The notes: a model not told the origin generated them from the letters alone. A DNA stretch of 64,000 nucleotides from Alphaproteobacteria bacterium (GCA_965220745.1 CBDCQT010000005.1:394938-458937), one strand, 5' to 3'; counted from the stretch's first letter, positions 46,290 to 56,719 are shown. Made by a program: numbers and translations.

Positions 46290-46994
46290 CTACCCGCCGA
46301 GGAACGAGCGCCGGACTTCGGGGTCGGCGAGGAGTGCTTCGCCGGTGTCCGTGTGGCGGTTCTGGCCGGTGACGAGCACGTAGCCCCGATCGGCGATGGT
46401 GAGCGCCTGAGCGGCGTTCTGCTCGACCATCAGGATGGCGATGCCGGTCGCGCGGATCTCCAGGATGCGGTCGAAGAGATCGTCCATCACCACGGGCGAA
46501 ACGCCGGCGGTGGGCTCGTCCAGCATGAGCAGCCGGGGCTCGGTCATCAGCGCCCGGCCGATTGCCACCTGCTGGCGCTGGCCGCCCGAGAGCTCGCCGG
46601 CGGGCTGGCGCCGCCTCTCCTTCAAGATCGGGAAGAGATCGAAGACCCGCGCCATGGTGTCGGCGACGCCCTCGGCGCGGATGTAGGCGCCCATCTCCAG
46701 GTTTTCCTGAACGGTCATGGTGGTGAAGACGTTGCGCTCCTGCGGCACAAAGCCCATGCCCTTGCGTACGCGCTCCTGCGGGCTGAGCCGGGTGATGTCC
46801 TCGCCGTCGAGCCGGACCGTTCCCTCCCGCAGCACGATCATGCCAAAGACTGCCTTCATCGCGGTCGACTTGCCCGCGCCGTTGGGCCCCACGATGACGG
46901 CGACCTCACCCTGCTCGGCCTCGATGGTGCAATCGCGGATGATGTCCGCGCCGCCGTAGCCGCCGGTCATGCCTTCGCCGGCGAGAAAGCTCAT
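46290..46994 (-). CDS. ABC ATP-binding protein (LivF-like), second transporter
   Basis: GPNGAGKST, LSGGQRQ, LDEPTAG, VEQNA; start at MSFLAGE. Confidence 0.9.
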   Translation of the reverse strand: MSFLAGEGMTGGYGGADIIRDCTIEAEQGEVAVIVGPNGAGKSTAMKAVFGMIVLREGTVRLDGEDITRLSPQERVRKGMGFVPQERNVFTTMTVQENLEMGAYIRAEGVADTMARVFDLFPILKERRRQPAGELSGGQRQQVAIGRALMTEPRLLMLDEPTAGVSPVVMDDLFDRILEIRATGIAILMVEQNAAQALTIADRGYVLVTGQNRHTDTGEALLADPEVRRSFLGG

Positions 46995-47830
46995 GATGCG
47001 CCCGCGCCGCGCCGCCGGCCGCGCCCAAGATAGGAATCGATCACCCGCTGGTCCGACTTGACCTCGGTCGGCGAGCCCTGGGTCAGCACCTTGCCTTCCG
47101 CCATGACGATCACCGGCTGGCACAGGCGCGAGATGAAGTCGATGTCGTGCTCGATCATGCAGAAGGTGTAGCCGCGCTCCCGATTGAGACGGAGGATGGC
47201 GTCACCGATGGAGCGCAGCAGCGTGCGGTTGACGCCGGCGCCGACCTCGTCGAGGAACACGATCCGGGGCTCGGCCATCATCGTCCGGCCGAGCTCCAGG
47301 AGCTTCTTCTGGCCGCCGGAAAGCGCGCCAGCGCGCTCGGTGGCCACCCGTTCCAGGCCGAGGAACGTAACCACGTCCCAGGCCCGGTCGCGTATCTCCG
47401 CTTCCTGGACACGCACCTTGCTGCGGCGGAACCAGGCGTTGACCAGGGTTTCGCCGGCCTGGCCACCCGGTACCGTCGTCAGGTTCTCCAGGACCGTGAG
47501 ACTTGAGAACTCGTGCGCAATCTGAAAGGTGCGCAGAACACCCCTGTGAAAGAGCTGGTGCGGCTTAAGGCCGGTGATCTCCTGCTCTTGCAGGAACACC
47601 CGGCCTTCGGAGGGCGGATACACGCCGGCGATGACGTTGAAGAGGGTTGTCTTGCCCGCGCCGTTAGGGCCGATCAGCCCGGTGATCGACCCCTCTTCAA
47701 TCTCCACGGTGACGCCGTCGACGGCCCGGATGCCGCCGAAATGCAGGTGCAGGTTCTCGACCCGGATCATGGCAGGCACGCCGTTCGCGCTGCCCTCCGG
47801 GGCAGGGGATGCGGCCGGCGGCCCGGTCAT
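46991..47830 (-). CDS. ABC ATP-binding protein (LivG-like), second transporter
   Basis: GPNGAGKTT, RTFQ, LSGGQKKLLE, IEHD. Confidence 0.9.
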   Translation of the reverse strand: MTGPPAASPAPEGSANGVPAMIRVENLHLHFGGIRAVDGVTVEIEEGSITGLIGPNGAGKTTLFNVIAGVYPPSEGRVFLQEQEITGLKPHQLFHRGVLRTFQIAHEFSSLTVLENLTTVPGGQAGETLVNAWFRRSKVRVQEAEIRDRAWDVVTFLGLERVATERAGALSGGQKKLLELGRTMMAEPRIVFLDEVGAGVNRTLLRSIGDAILRLNRERGYTFCMIEHDIDFISRLCQPVIVMAEGKVLTQGSPTEVKSDQRVIDSYLGRGRRRGAGAS

Positions 47831-47863
47831 CGCTGCCCGAGCCGCCGTCCGTCATTGCGCGAT

Positions 47864-49072
47864 CTAGCGGATTTCCTTGGTCATGAAGGCGCCGCCCTCG
47901 ACCTCCATCACCGCGTAGGAGCCGGCGGCCTCGCCCACATCGGTGAGCTCGACGTTGGTCGCACCCTGATAGTCGATCTCGCCGCCGTCGGCGAGAATCT
48001 GCAGAGCCTTGCCGAGCTCACCCGGTCCGATCTGCTCGCCCGGCGCGTTGGCGACCTCCAGCACCTTGGACGCGGACGCGCCGCGATCGGCCGTGCCTGC
48101 CGCCTGCATGGAGAGCGCGATCAGCGCTGCGGCGTCGTAGGACTCACCGCGGAAGGGGCCGTCGCCGTCCACGCCGTTGGCTGCCGCAAGCTCGACGAAT
48201 GCGGCAGCGCCCTCGGAGGCCGAGCCCGGCGCGGTGCCGATCGTGCCGGTCAGCGCGTCGCCGATCGCCTCGATCAACGAGTCCCCGATCATGCCGTCGC
48301 CAACGATGAAGTTCTCGAAGGCGCCGGTGTCGACGGCCCCCTGGATGATCCCCTTGCCGCCTTGGTCGATATAGCCGAAGACCACAAGGTGTTCCGCGCC
48401 CGAGGCGGCGAGCGCGCCCACCTCGGCCGAATAGTCGCCTTTGCCGTCCTCGTGCGCCGCCGAGATCTCGACTGTGCCGCCGAGGGCGGCGAACGCCGCG
48501 CCGAAGCTGCCGTCGAGCCCCTTGCCGTAGTCGTTGTTGGTGTAGGTGACCGCGACGCTCGTGATGCCGCGCTCGATCAGAACCTCGGCGAGCACCTGCC
48601 CCTGCCGTGCATCCGACGGCGCGGTGCGGAAGAACAGGCCGTTGTCTTCGATCGTGGTCAGCGCCGGCGAGGTCGCCGACGGCGAGATGATGACCACGCC
48701 GTTCGGCACCGCGACGTTGTTGGTGATGGCGATGGTGACGCCCGAGCAGTCGGCACCGAAGATCGCGGCAACGCCCTCGGCAGTGACCAGGCGCTCCGCC
48801 GCAGCAGTCGCGGCGGCGGCGTCGATGCAGGTCGAATCGCCTCTGACCGGGACCATGACCTTGCCACCGAGGAAGGCACCTGAATCCGATACCTCCTTCA
48901 TGGCCAGCTCAGCCGAATCCCCCATGGGGGGCGTCAGCGACTCGATCGGCCCGGTGAAGCCTAGAATGACGCCGACCTTCACCTCGTGGCCGTCGGCCTT
49001 GGCGTCCGGCGCCAGCCCAAGACACAGCGCGGCGGCAGCCGCGGCGAATGCAACCCAACCTTTGCTTCTCAT
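47864..49072 (-). CDS. ABC substrate-binding protein (LivJ-like), second transporter
   Basis: Signal peptide MRSKGW...AKA; GADCSG, ISPSATSP, FFRTAPSD, NNDYGKG. Confidence 0.88.
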   Translation of the reverse strand: MRSKGWVAFAAAAAALCLGLAPDAKADGHEVKVGVILGFTGPIESLTPPMGDSAELAMKEVSDSGAFLGGKVMVPVRGDSTCIDAAAATAAAERLVTAEGVAAIFGADCSGVTIAITNNVAVPNGVVIISPSATSPALTTIEDNGLFFRTAPSDARQGQVLAEVLIERGITSVAVTYTNNDYGKGLDGSFGAAFAALGGTVEISAAHEDGKGDYSAEVGALAASGAEHLVVFGYIDQGGKGIIQGAVDTGAFENFIVGDGMIGDSLIEAIGDALTGTIGTAPGSASEGAAAFVELAAANGVDGDGPFRGESYDAAALIALSMQAAGTADRGASASKVLEVANAPGEQIGPGELGKALQILADGGEIDYQGATNVELTDVGEAAGSYAVMEVEGGAFMTKEIR

Positions 49073-49290
49073 GATTCGTGCTCCCTGTCCGAGGGTCGCG
49101 GCCGCACGCCCCAGCGATGGCGCGGTGCGCCGACCGGTTCGCAAATCATAGCGCGCTTTGACCGGTGTTTCGAACGGATTGGCTAATCGAGTCATGCCTC
49201 TTGATCTGCAGTTGCTCCGGTTCGCGCGTTGACGGGCCGTGGGGCAGGGACTATCTCTCAGCCCAAGCGGCGCATCAGGCGGATGACGCG

Positions 49291-51228
49291 ATGGTGGACG
49301 TGCAGATCGAGCGGCCGACCACGTCCGTCACGGACGATGCGGCGGCGCTCGCCGAGCCAGGCGTCTCGCTGGAGCGTGGCGTCGCGGCGTTGCGCGCGGC
49401 GCTGGGGACGATGCCGGCCGGCGCCGGCGTCTACTGCATGCGCGACCGGCACGAGAAGCCGCTCTACGTCGGCAAGGCCAAGAGCCTGCGCAAGCGCGTC
49501 CAGACCTACGTCAACGTCCGCACGCTGCCGGTCCGCCTGCAGCGCATGATCGCGGCCACGACCTCGGTCGAGGTGATCACCACCGAGGGCGAGGTCGAGG
49601 CGCTGCTGCTCGAGAGCAACCTGATCAAGCGGCTCAAGCCGCACTACAACATCCTGCTCCGGGACGACAAGTCGTTCCCCTACATCCTGCTTCGCCGGGG
49701 CCACACCTGGCCGCAGATCACCAAGTACCGCGGGGCCAAGAGCGGGGAGGGGGACTACTTCGGCCCGTTCGCCTCGGCGGGCGCGGTCAACCTCACGATC
49801 AACGCGCTGCAGCGGGCGTTCCCGCTGCGCTCCTGCTCCGATTCGGTGCTGGAGAGCCGCACCCGGCCCTGCCTGCAGTACCAGATCAAGCGCTGCACCG
49901 CGCCCTGCGTCGGCCGCATCAGCAAGGCCGACTACGACGGTCTGGTGGAGGAGGCGCGGGCCTTCCTCGCCGGGCGCAGCAGGCAGGTTCAGAGCCGGCT
50001 GACCGAACGGATGACCGCCGCGAGCGATGCGCTGGAATTCGAGACCGCCGCCGCCTACCGCGACCGCATTAAGGCGCTCGCCCATATCCAGATGCGCCAG
50101 GGCATCAACCTGCCCTCCATGGACGATGCCGATGTCGTTGCCATCCACGACGAGGCCGGCCAGGCCTGCGTGCAGGTCTTCTTCTTCCGCTCAGGCCAGA
50201 ACTACGGCAACCGGGCGTTCTTCCCGCGCCACGGGGCGGACGAGACGGCCGAGGCGATCCTCCGCGCCTTCATCGGGCAGTTCTACAGCGCACGGGAGGC
50301 GCCGCCGCTGGTCCTGGTCAACCGGCCGCTGGCGGAGGCTCCGCTGCTCGCCGAGGCGCTGACGGTCCGGGCCGGGCGGCGGGTCCGGCTGCATCGCCCG
50401 CAGCGCGGCGAGAAGCGCAAGCTGGTGGAGGACGCCGAGCGCAACGCGCGGGAGGCGCTCGCCCGCAGGCTCGGCGAGAGCACGGCCCAGCGGCGCCTGC
50501 TGGAGAGTCTGGCCCAGAAGTTCGGGCTGGAAAGCGCGCCAGAGCGGATCGAGGTCTACGACAACAGCCACATCTCGGGCACCGATGCGGTCGGCAGCCT
50601 GATCGTCGCGGGGCCGGACGGCTTCATCAAGAACGCCTACCGCAAGTTCACGATCCGGTCTGTGGCGGCGGCGGAGGACCCGGCCGCGCCCGGCGACGAC
50701 TACGCCATGATGCGCGAGGTGCTCACCCGTCGCTTCTCCCGCCTGATCAAGGAGGACCCCGGCCGCGCAGGCGAATCGTGGCCGGACCTGGTGCTGATCG
50801 ACGGCGGCGCCGGCCAGCTTGGCGAGGCGCGCCGGGTGTTCGCCGATCTCGGCATCGCCGACCTCGCGGTCGCGGCGATCGCCAAGGGGCCGGAGCGCAA
50901 CGCCGGCCGCGAGCGCATCTTCCTGCCCGACAGGCCGCCGGTCTCCCTCGGCGCGCGCGAGCCGCTGCTCTACTTCCTGCAGCGCCTGCGGGACGAGGCG
51001 CATCGCTTCGCCATCGGCACCCACCGGGCCAAGCGCGCCAAGGCCCGCGCCCGCTCGGCGCTGGACGAGATTCCGGGCGTCGGCCCCCGGCGCAAGAAGG
51101 CGCTGCTCCACCGGTTCGGCTCGGCACGGGGGGTGAGCCAGGCGGGCCTCGCCGATCTGGAGACCGTGGACGGCATATCGAGCACCGTCGCGCGCGCGAT
51201 CCATGACCACTTCCGCGCCGATCGCTGA
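49291..51228 (+). CDS. uvrC: Excinuclease ABC subunit C
   Basis: GIY-YIG (GVY...YVGKAK), YNILLRDDKSFP, IEVYDNSH, LIDGG, QRLRDEAHRFA, HhH; start approximate. Confidence 0.97.
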   Translation: MVDVQIERPTTSVTDDAAALAEPGVSLERGVAALRAALGTMPAGAGVYCMRDRHEKPLYVGKAKSLRKRVQTYVNVRTLPVRLQRMIAATTSVEVITTEGEVEALLLESNLIKRLKPHYNILLRDDKSFPYILLRRGHTWPQITKYRGAKSGEGDYFGPFASAGAVNLTINALQRAFPLRSCSDSVLESRTRPCLQYQIKRCTAPCVGRISKADYDGLVEEARAFLAGRSRQVQSRLTERMTAASDALEFETAAAYRDRIKALAHIQMRQGINLPSMDDADVVAIHDEAGQACVQVFFFRSGQNYGNRAFFPRHGADETAEAILRAFIGQFYSAREAPPLVLVNRPLAEAPLLAEALTVRAGRRVRLHRPQRGEKRKLVEDAERNAREALARRLGESTAQRRLLESLAQKFGLESAPERIEVYDNSHISGTDAVGSLIVAGPDGFIKNAYRKFTIRSVAAAEDPAAPGDDYAMMREVLTRRFSRLIKEDPGRAGESWPDLVLIDGGAGQLGEARRVFADLGIADLAVAAIAKGPERNAGRERIFLPDRPPVSLGAREPLLYFLQRLRDEAHRFAIGTHRAKRAKARARSALDEIPGVGPRRKKALLHRFGSARGVSQAGLADLETVDGISSTVARAIHDHFRADR

Positions 51229-51853
51229 CAGCGCAGGGGCTTCGGAGCCTGTGACGGAGGCCGATCCGCTGCGAGTCGCGAGCTGGCCCAACGCGGTCAC
51301 CGGGCTCCGCATCGTCATGGTGCCCGTGCTCGTCGGCTCGTTCTTCATCGCCGGTGCGAGCGGGCTCTGGCTCGGCTTCGCGGTCTTCGCGGCGGCGGCG
51401 CTCAGCGACTTCTTCGACGGCTGGCTGGCGCGCAGGCTCGATCAGCATTCGCTGCTGGGGCGGATTCTCGATCCCATCGCCGACAAGCTCCTGGTGGCGG
51501 CCGCGCTCGTCATGCTGGCGACCGACGAGCGCGCGCCGGTGATCGCCGTAGTGGCGATCCTCGCCCGCGAGCTTCTGATTTCCGGGCTCAGGGAGGCGCT
51601 CGCCGACAAGGTGGCGCTCCCGGTCCAGCCGCTCGCCAAGTGGAAGACCGCGGCGCAGATGGTCGCGATCGCGCTGCTGTTGCTGGCCTCGGCCATCGCG
51701 CCCTGGCTGACCGAAGCCACAGGCGCAGGGCTCGCCACCGCCGGCGAAGGCCTGCTCTGGCTCGCGGCGGTGCTGACCTGGGCCAGCGCGATCGGCTATG
51801 TTCGGGGCGCCGTGCGCGGCCTGCGGGCGGCACGGCCGGAGCAGGAGGAGTAG
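51203..51853 (+). CDS. pgsA: CDP-diacylglycerol--glycerol-3-phosphate 3-phosphatidyltransferase
   Basis: PNAVT.LR, DFFDGWLAR, LDPIADK, AKWKT..Q; conserved uvrC-pgsA order; start uncertain (may be GTG 51251). Confidence 0.92.
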   Translation: MTTSAPIADSAGASEPVTEADPLRVASWPNAVTGLRIVMVPVLVGSFFIAGASGLWLGFAVFAAAALSDFFDGWLARRLDQHSLLGRILDPIADKLLVAAALVMLATDERAPVIAVVAILARELLISGLREALADKVALPVQPLAKWKTAAQMVAIALLLLASAIAPWLTEATGAGLATAGEGLLWLAAVLTWASAIGYVRGAVRGLRAARPEQEE

Positions 51854-52402
51854 GTGCGGCGGTTCGGGGTCACGGGGCTGAGCGACAGCGGCAAGACCAC
51901 GCTGGTCTGCCGGCTGCTGCCGCGGCTGCGCGCGCGCGGCCTGCGCGTCGCCACGGTGAAGCATGCCCACCACGGCTTCGACCTGCTGCCCGAGGGGCAT
52001 CCCGCCCACGCGTGGCGGGCTGCCGGCGCCCGCGACATCGTGCTGGCAGGCTCGGATCGCCTCGCCCACCTGCGCGAGACCGGCGATGACGGCGAGCCGC
52101 CGCTTGACCGGCTGCTCGAGCGCCTGGAGCCGGCCGACCTCGTGCTGATCGAGGGTTACAAGCGGGGCGGCCACGACAAGATCGAGGTGCGGCGCGGCGC
52201 GAGCGAGGCGTCGCTTCTCGCCGCCGCGGACCCCACCGTCGTTGCCATCGCCAGCGACCGGCCGGTGCCGGGGGCGGCCTCTCTCGGGCGCGCGGTGCCG
52301 GTCTTCGATATCGACGACGTGGACGCCATCGCGTCGTTCGTGGTGGCGCACTGCGGCGTACCGCAGAGCGAAGAGCCGATGTTGGCCCATGGCACAGCTT
52401 AG
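51854..52402 (+). CDS. mobB: Molybdopterin-guanine dinucleotide biosynthesis protein B
   Basis: GLSDSGKTTL, VKHAHHGFD, DLVLIEGYK. Confidence 0.88.
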   Translation: MRRFGVTGLSDSGKTTLVCRLLPRLRARGLRVATVKHAHHGFDLLPEGHPAHAWRAAGARDIVLAGSDRLAHLRETGDDGEPPLDRLLERLEPADLVLIEGYKRGGHDKIEVRRGASEASLLAAADPTVVAIASDRPVPGAASLGRAVPVFDIDDVDAIASFVVAHCGVPQSEEPMLAHGTA

Positions 52403-53645
52403 CGACGACTGCTTCGCCTTCGGCGGCGCGCTCACTCCCGCGGCGGAGGCACTGGCGCAGCTGGAGAGCGTCGTCCATCCCATTGCCGAGACCGAGACCG
52501 TGGGCTTGAAGGCGGCCAACGGGCGCATCCTGGCGGAGACCGTGGTTTCGGAGCGCGCGGTGCCGCCGCACGACAACGCCGCCGTCGACGGCTACGCGGT
52601 CTTCTTCGACGACCTCAACGCGGCGGAGGACACGCGCCTGCCCTGCACCGGGCGGGCGGCGGCCGGGCACCCTCTCGGGCGGCCTGCCGGGCGGGGCGAG
52701 GCGATCCGCGTCTTCACCGGCGCGCCGATGCCGGCGGGGCCCGATACCGTGCTGATGCAGGAGGACTGCCGCGTCGACGGCGATGCCGTCGTCGTGCCGC
52801 CTGGAATCAAGCGCGGCGCCAACCGCCGGCACGCAGGCGAGGACATCGCGCCCGGCACCACCATCCTCACCGCCGGCCGGGCCTTGCGCCCGCAGGATGT
52901 CGGCCTCGCCGCCTCCATCGGGCGCACCGAGCTGCTGGTCTTCCGGCGGCTACGGGTGGCGATCTTCTCCACCGGCGACGAGGTCTACGAGCCGGGCGTG
53001 GCGCTCGGCGAAGGCGGCATCTACGACTCCAACCGCTATGTCATCGCCGGCCTCGCGGAGCGGCTCGGCTGCGCCCTCACCGACATGGGCATCTTGCCGG
53101 ACAGGCTCGACGCGATCGCCGGCGCGCTGGCGGAGCGCAGCCGCGATCACGACCTGCTGCTCACCTCCGGCGGCATGTCGACCGGCGACGAGGATCACGT
53201 CAAGGCGGCGGTGGAGGCCCTCGGCCACCTGCATTTCTGGCGCCTCGCCATCCGGCCGGGGCGGCCCATCGCCCTCGGCCAGGTCGGGCGCGTGCCCTTC
53301 ATCGGGCTCCCCGGCAACCCGGTGGCCGTCATGGTCACCTTCCTGCGCTTCGCGCGCCCGCTGATCCTGCGCCTCGGCGGCTGCACCGAAGTGGAGCCTG
53401 CGCACTACCGGGTGCCGGCGGCGTTCGACTACAAGAAGAAGCGCGGGCGGCGCGAATGGCTGCGGGCGCGGCTCTCGGCGCGGCCGGACGGCACCCTCGG
53501 GGCGGAGAAATTCGCCCGCGACGGCGCCGGCATCCTCACGTCGGCGGTCTTCGCCGACGGGTTGATCGAGCTGCCCGAAGACCTCACCTCGCTCAGCGCG
53601 GGCACGATGGTGGACTTTCTCCCGTTCAACGAGATGTACCGATGA
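52389..53645 (+). CDS. moeA: Molybdopterin molybdotransferase
   Basis: NAAVDGYA, FTGAPMP, STGDE, DSNR, SGGMSTG, GLPGNP. Confidence 0.95.
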   Translation: MAQLSDDCFAFGGALTPAAEALAQLESVVHPIAETETVGLKAANGRILAETVVSERAVPPHDNAAVDGYAVFFDDLNAAEDTRLPCTGRAAAGHPLGRPAGRGEAIRVFTGAPMPAGPDTVLMQEDCRVDGDAVVVPPGIKRGANRRHAGEDIAPGTTILTAGRALRPQDVGLAASIGRTELLVFRRLRVAIFSTGDEVYEPGVALGEGGIYDSNRYVIAGLAERLGCALTDMGILPDRLDAIAGALAERSRDHDLLLTSGGMSTGDEDHVKAAVEALGHLHFWRLAIRPGRPIALGQVGRVPFIGLPGNPVAVMVTFLRFARPLILRLGGCTEVEPAHYRVPAAFDYKKKRGRREWLRARLSARPDGTLGAEKFARDGAGILTSAVFADGLIELPEDLTSLSAGTMVDFLPFNEMYR

Positions 53646-53902
53646 CATTGCTCTATTTCGCCTGGGTCCGGGAGCGAATCGGCCTCGATACCGAGGAAAT
53701 CGCGCTCCCCGCCGATGTGCAGACGGTAGCGGCGCTGCTCGACTGGCTGCGGAGCAGGGGTGGCGGCTATGCCCAAGCTCTCGAGGACCTCTCGGTCATC
53801 CGCGTCGCGGTCAACCAGGAGTTCGCCGCGCCGGATCGCGCCGTTGCCGATGGCGACGAAATCGCGCTCTTCCCGCCGGTGACAGGCGGAGACGGGCCGT
53901 GA
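53642..53902 (+). CDS. moaD: Molybdopterin synthase sulfur carrier
   Basis: LLYFAWVRE, AVNQ, FPPVTGG followed by DGP. Confidence 0.92.
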   Translation: MTLLYFAWVRERIGLDTEEIALPADVQTVAALLDWLRSRGGGYAQALEDLSVIRVAVNQEFAAPDRAVADGDEIALFPPVTGGDGP

Positions 53903-54363
53903 TCCGCGTCCAGCGCGAGGACTTCGACATCGGCGCCGAGATCGAGGCGCTGACAGGCGGCAACGACGAGATCGGTGCCGTCGCGTCGTTCGTCGGCATC
54001 ACCCGCGCCGATGCGGGCACGGGCGCCGGCGATGCAGTGACCGCGATGACGCTGGAGCACTACCCGGCGATGACCGAGAAGCAGCTGGCGGACATTGAGG
54101 CCGAGGCGTGCCGGCGCTGGGACCTCACCGCGTCGCTGATCGTCCACCGCTACGGCCGGCTGGAGCCCGGCGAACGGATCGTCCTCGTGGTGACGGCGGC
54201 GGCCCATCGCCGCGCGGCGCTCGATGCCTGCGCCTTCCTCATCGATTGGCTCAAGACCAAGGCGCCGTTCTGGAAGCGCGAAGAGACCGCCGACGGTACG
54301 CGCTGGGTCGCGGCACGCGTGGCCGATGATCACGCTGCCGAGCGCTGGCACAGCGGGTCATAA
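53899..54363 (+). CDS. moaE: Molybdopterin synthase catalytic subunit
   Basis: LEHYPAMT, HRYGRL, HRRAA, LKTKAPFWKRE. Confidence 0.95.
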   Translation: MIRVQREDFDIGAEIEALTGGNDEIGAVASFVGITRADAGTGAGDAVTAMTLEHYPAMTEKQLADIEAEACRRWDLTASLIVHRYGRLEPGERIVLVVTAAAHRRAALDACAFLIDWLKTKAPFWKREETADGTRWVAARVADDHAAERWHSGS

Positions 54364-54425
54364 TCTGACTGCGAACCTTCGAACAACGAAACACCCGCTC
54401 GTCACGGTTAGCACCCCTTATTCTC

Positions 54426-55370
54426 ATGTCGGTTGTTGAGCGAATTTTGGTTATCAAGCATGGCGCGCTCGGGGATTGGGTCCTCGTCACCGGGTGCTTC
54501 GCAGCGATCCGCCGCCATCATTCGTCTGCACGCATCACCCTGCTGACGACGCCGGCCTTTGCCGAATTGGGCGGACGTTGCGGCTGGTTCGACGAGGTTT
54601 GGACGGACGAACGTCCGAGCATCCTGGCCGATCCTCTGGCGTGGATCAGGTTACGCAGACGCCTGATCGAAGGTGAGTTCCTGCGCGTCTACGACCTCCA
54701 GACATCGAGCCGCACCGGGCATTACTTTCGCATGTTGCCGCACCGAAGCCGCCCTGAATGGTCGGGGATCGCCGCCGGCTGCTCGCATCCCCACCGCAAT
54801 CCTCAACGGCCGTTCATGCACACGGTCGCGCGTCAGGCGGAACAGCTGGGCATTGCCGGAATCGAGAACGTGCCGGCCCCCAACCTCGACTGGCTTCATG
54901 ACGATATCGACGGAATGGCACCACCCGGTACCTGCGCGTTGATCGTGCCGGGGGGGTCGGCACACCGGCCGGAAAAGCACTGGCCGTCCCGGCGGTTTGC
55001 CGACCTCGCCCAGCTCTTGTCCGCACGCGGCACGGTCCCGGTTTTGATCGGCGCGGAAGCCGAGGCGTCGGTCCTCGACCAAATCACGCGGCTCGCGCCC
55101 GGCACGATCAACCTGGGCTGTCGCACCAGCCTGGGTCAGATCGCCGCCCTCGCGCGGCGCGCGACGTGCGCCGTGGGCAACGACACGGGTCCCATTCATA
55201 TCGCTGCCACGGCCGGCTGCCCCACCGTCGCACTCTTCGGCGCCGCCTCTGACCCCATCCAATACCGGCCGCGCGGAGATGCGGTAGAGGTCCTGCGTCG
55301 CGTGCCGCTGGCGAGCCTATCTGTCGCTGACGTCATCGCCGCCGCGGAGCGGATTGCGGTGCGCGCCTGA
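54426..55370 (+). CDS. Glycosyltransferase family 9 (heptosyltransferase-like)
   Basis: ILVIKHGALGD, KHWP, GNDTGPIHIAA, ALFG. Confidence 0.9.
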   Translation: MSVVERILVIKHGALGDWVLVTGCFAAIRRHHSSARITLLTTPAFAELGGRCGWFDEVWTDERPSILADPLAWIRLRRRLIEGEFLRVYDLQTSSRTGHYFRMLPHRSRPEWSGIAAGCSHPHRNPQRPFMHTVARQAEQLGIAGIENVPAPNLDWLHDDIDGMAPPGTCALIVPGGSAHRPEKHWPSRRFADLAQLLSARGTVPVLIGAEAEASVLDQITRLAPGTINLGCRTSLGQIAALARRATCAVGNDTGPIHIAATAGCPTVALFGAASDPIQYRPRGDAVEVLRRVPLASLSVADVIAAAERIAVRA

Positions 55371-55376
55371 CGGACC

Positions 55377-56633
55377 GTGAGTCGCGAAATGACCCCGCCT
55401 ACTTTGAGCAGCGGCGAAGAACACCCTAGAACCAGGACTGGTTCAGGAACGCTCCTGAAGGGCATCTTTTGCGCGTATGCCCTGCTGCTACCGATCGTCA
55501 GCGTCGTGGCGCCCAAGGGCACCGTGGGGCTTCTGCTGCTCGCGGCGGCCCTCGCCGTTCCGACCTATTGGTGGGCGAACAGGCGAATCCCAGTTCCCGA
55601 TTTGAGGATAGCGATCGCCCTTGCGCTGTTCGTCGCGTGGTGCGCCATCGCCTCGGTCTGGAGTGTCGACGCCGCACGCTCTCTTGGGCTCGTGCTCCGC
55701 ATCGCTGTGATCCTCGCGGCCGGCATGGTGCTGTTCCCTATCGCGGTCGCATTGGGCGAAGCGGCCAGGAGAGAGATCGGCCGATGGCTCGTCGTCGGGT
55801 TAGGCCTGAGCCTTGCTTTCGTGGTTGTGGAGACGGGGCTCGACTATCCGGTGCTTCGATTATTCAAGACGGCGGAAGCCGGAAAAGAGGCGGTCTGGTT
55901 CAATCGTGGCGCTGTCGCGATGGCGATGATTGTCTGGCCGGTGACTGCCTACCTCTGGAAGGGAAGGCTTGGCTGGAAGGCCCTCTTTGTTCCCGTTTTG
56001 CTCGGAACCGCTTCGCTATTTCTGGAAAGTGAGTCAGCGACGCTCGGCTTCGCCGCGGGCGTCGCGGTCGTACTGTTGGCCGTCATTCATCGCAAGGCCG
56101 GCCAGACGATCACCATTGCGGCAACCCTTTTGGCGTTCGTCGCAATGCCTTTCGTAGCTCTGGAATTGCACAATCACGGGTGGCACCGGGTGGACTGGCT
56201 GCCCGCATCGGCCCAGCACCGCGTCGAGATTTGGGACTTCACCGTCCAGCGTATCGCCGAGAAACCCGTATTCGGGTGGGGCTTCGACGGTTCCCGTCAC
56301 ATGGGATCGTTGTTCCCTGCACCCAGCGACACCGGTCGCGACGTCGCGGCCTTGCACCCCCATAGCGCGCCGCTGCAAGTCATGCTCGAACTCGGCGCCG
56401 TCGGCGCCGTTGTCGCGCTCTTGTTACTGTGGCTCGTCGTGATGCGTTTAGACCGGGAATCCAACCTCACACGGATGTTCGGGCAGGCCCAACTCGTCGC
56501 CACAATGGCCATAGGCTCCGTTTCGCATGGTGCTTGGCAAAATTGGTGGCTCGCCCTGGTCGTTTCCGCAGCCCTTATGACTTCTCTCACCGCGGAACCA
56601 AGCGAGCCCAAGAACGCGATGGAAAACAGTTGA
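55377..56633 (+). CDS. O-antigen ligase (WaaL/Wzy_C) family membrane protein
   Basis: Multi-TM; HRVEIW, PVFGWG, HPHS..LQ..LELG. Confidence 0.85.
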   Translation: MSREMTPPTLSSGEEHPRTRTGSGTLLKGIFCAYALLLPIVSVVAPKGTVGLLLLAAALAVPTYWWANRRIPVPDLRIAIALALFVAWCAIASVWSVDAARSLGLVLRIAVILAAGMVLFPIAVALGEAARREIGRWLVVGLGLSLAFVVVETGLDYPVLRLFKTAEAGKEAVWFNRGAVAMAMIVWPVTAYLWKGRLGWKALFVPVLLGTASLFLESESATLGFAAGVAVVLLAVIHRKAGQTITIAATLLAFVAMPFVALELHNHGWHRVDWLPASAQHRVEIWDFTVQRIAEKPVFGWGFDGSRHMGSLFPAPSDTGRDVAALHPHSAPLQVMLELGAVGAVVALLLLWLVVMRLDRESNLTRMFGQAQLVATMAIGSVSHGAWQNWWLALVVSAALMTSLTAEPSEPKNAMENS

Positions 56634-56719
56634 GGTGAGGGCCCCAACCTCCAGGCCGGGATGACGTGTCAGGAGAGTCGCGGGAAACCCGCGCCCACAT
56701 ACAATGCTGGCGCGCCGGC

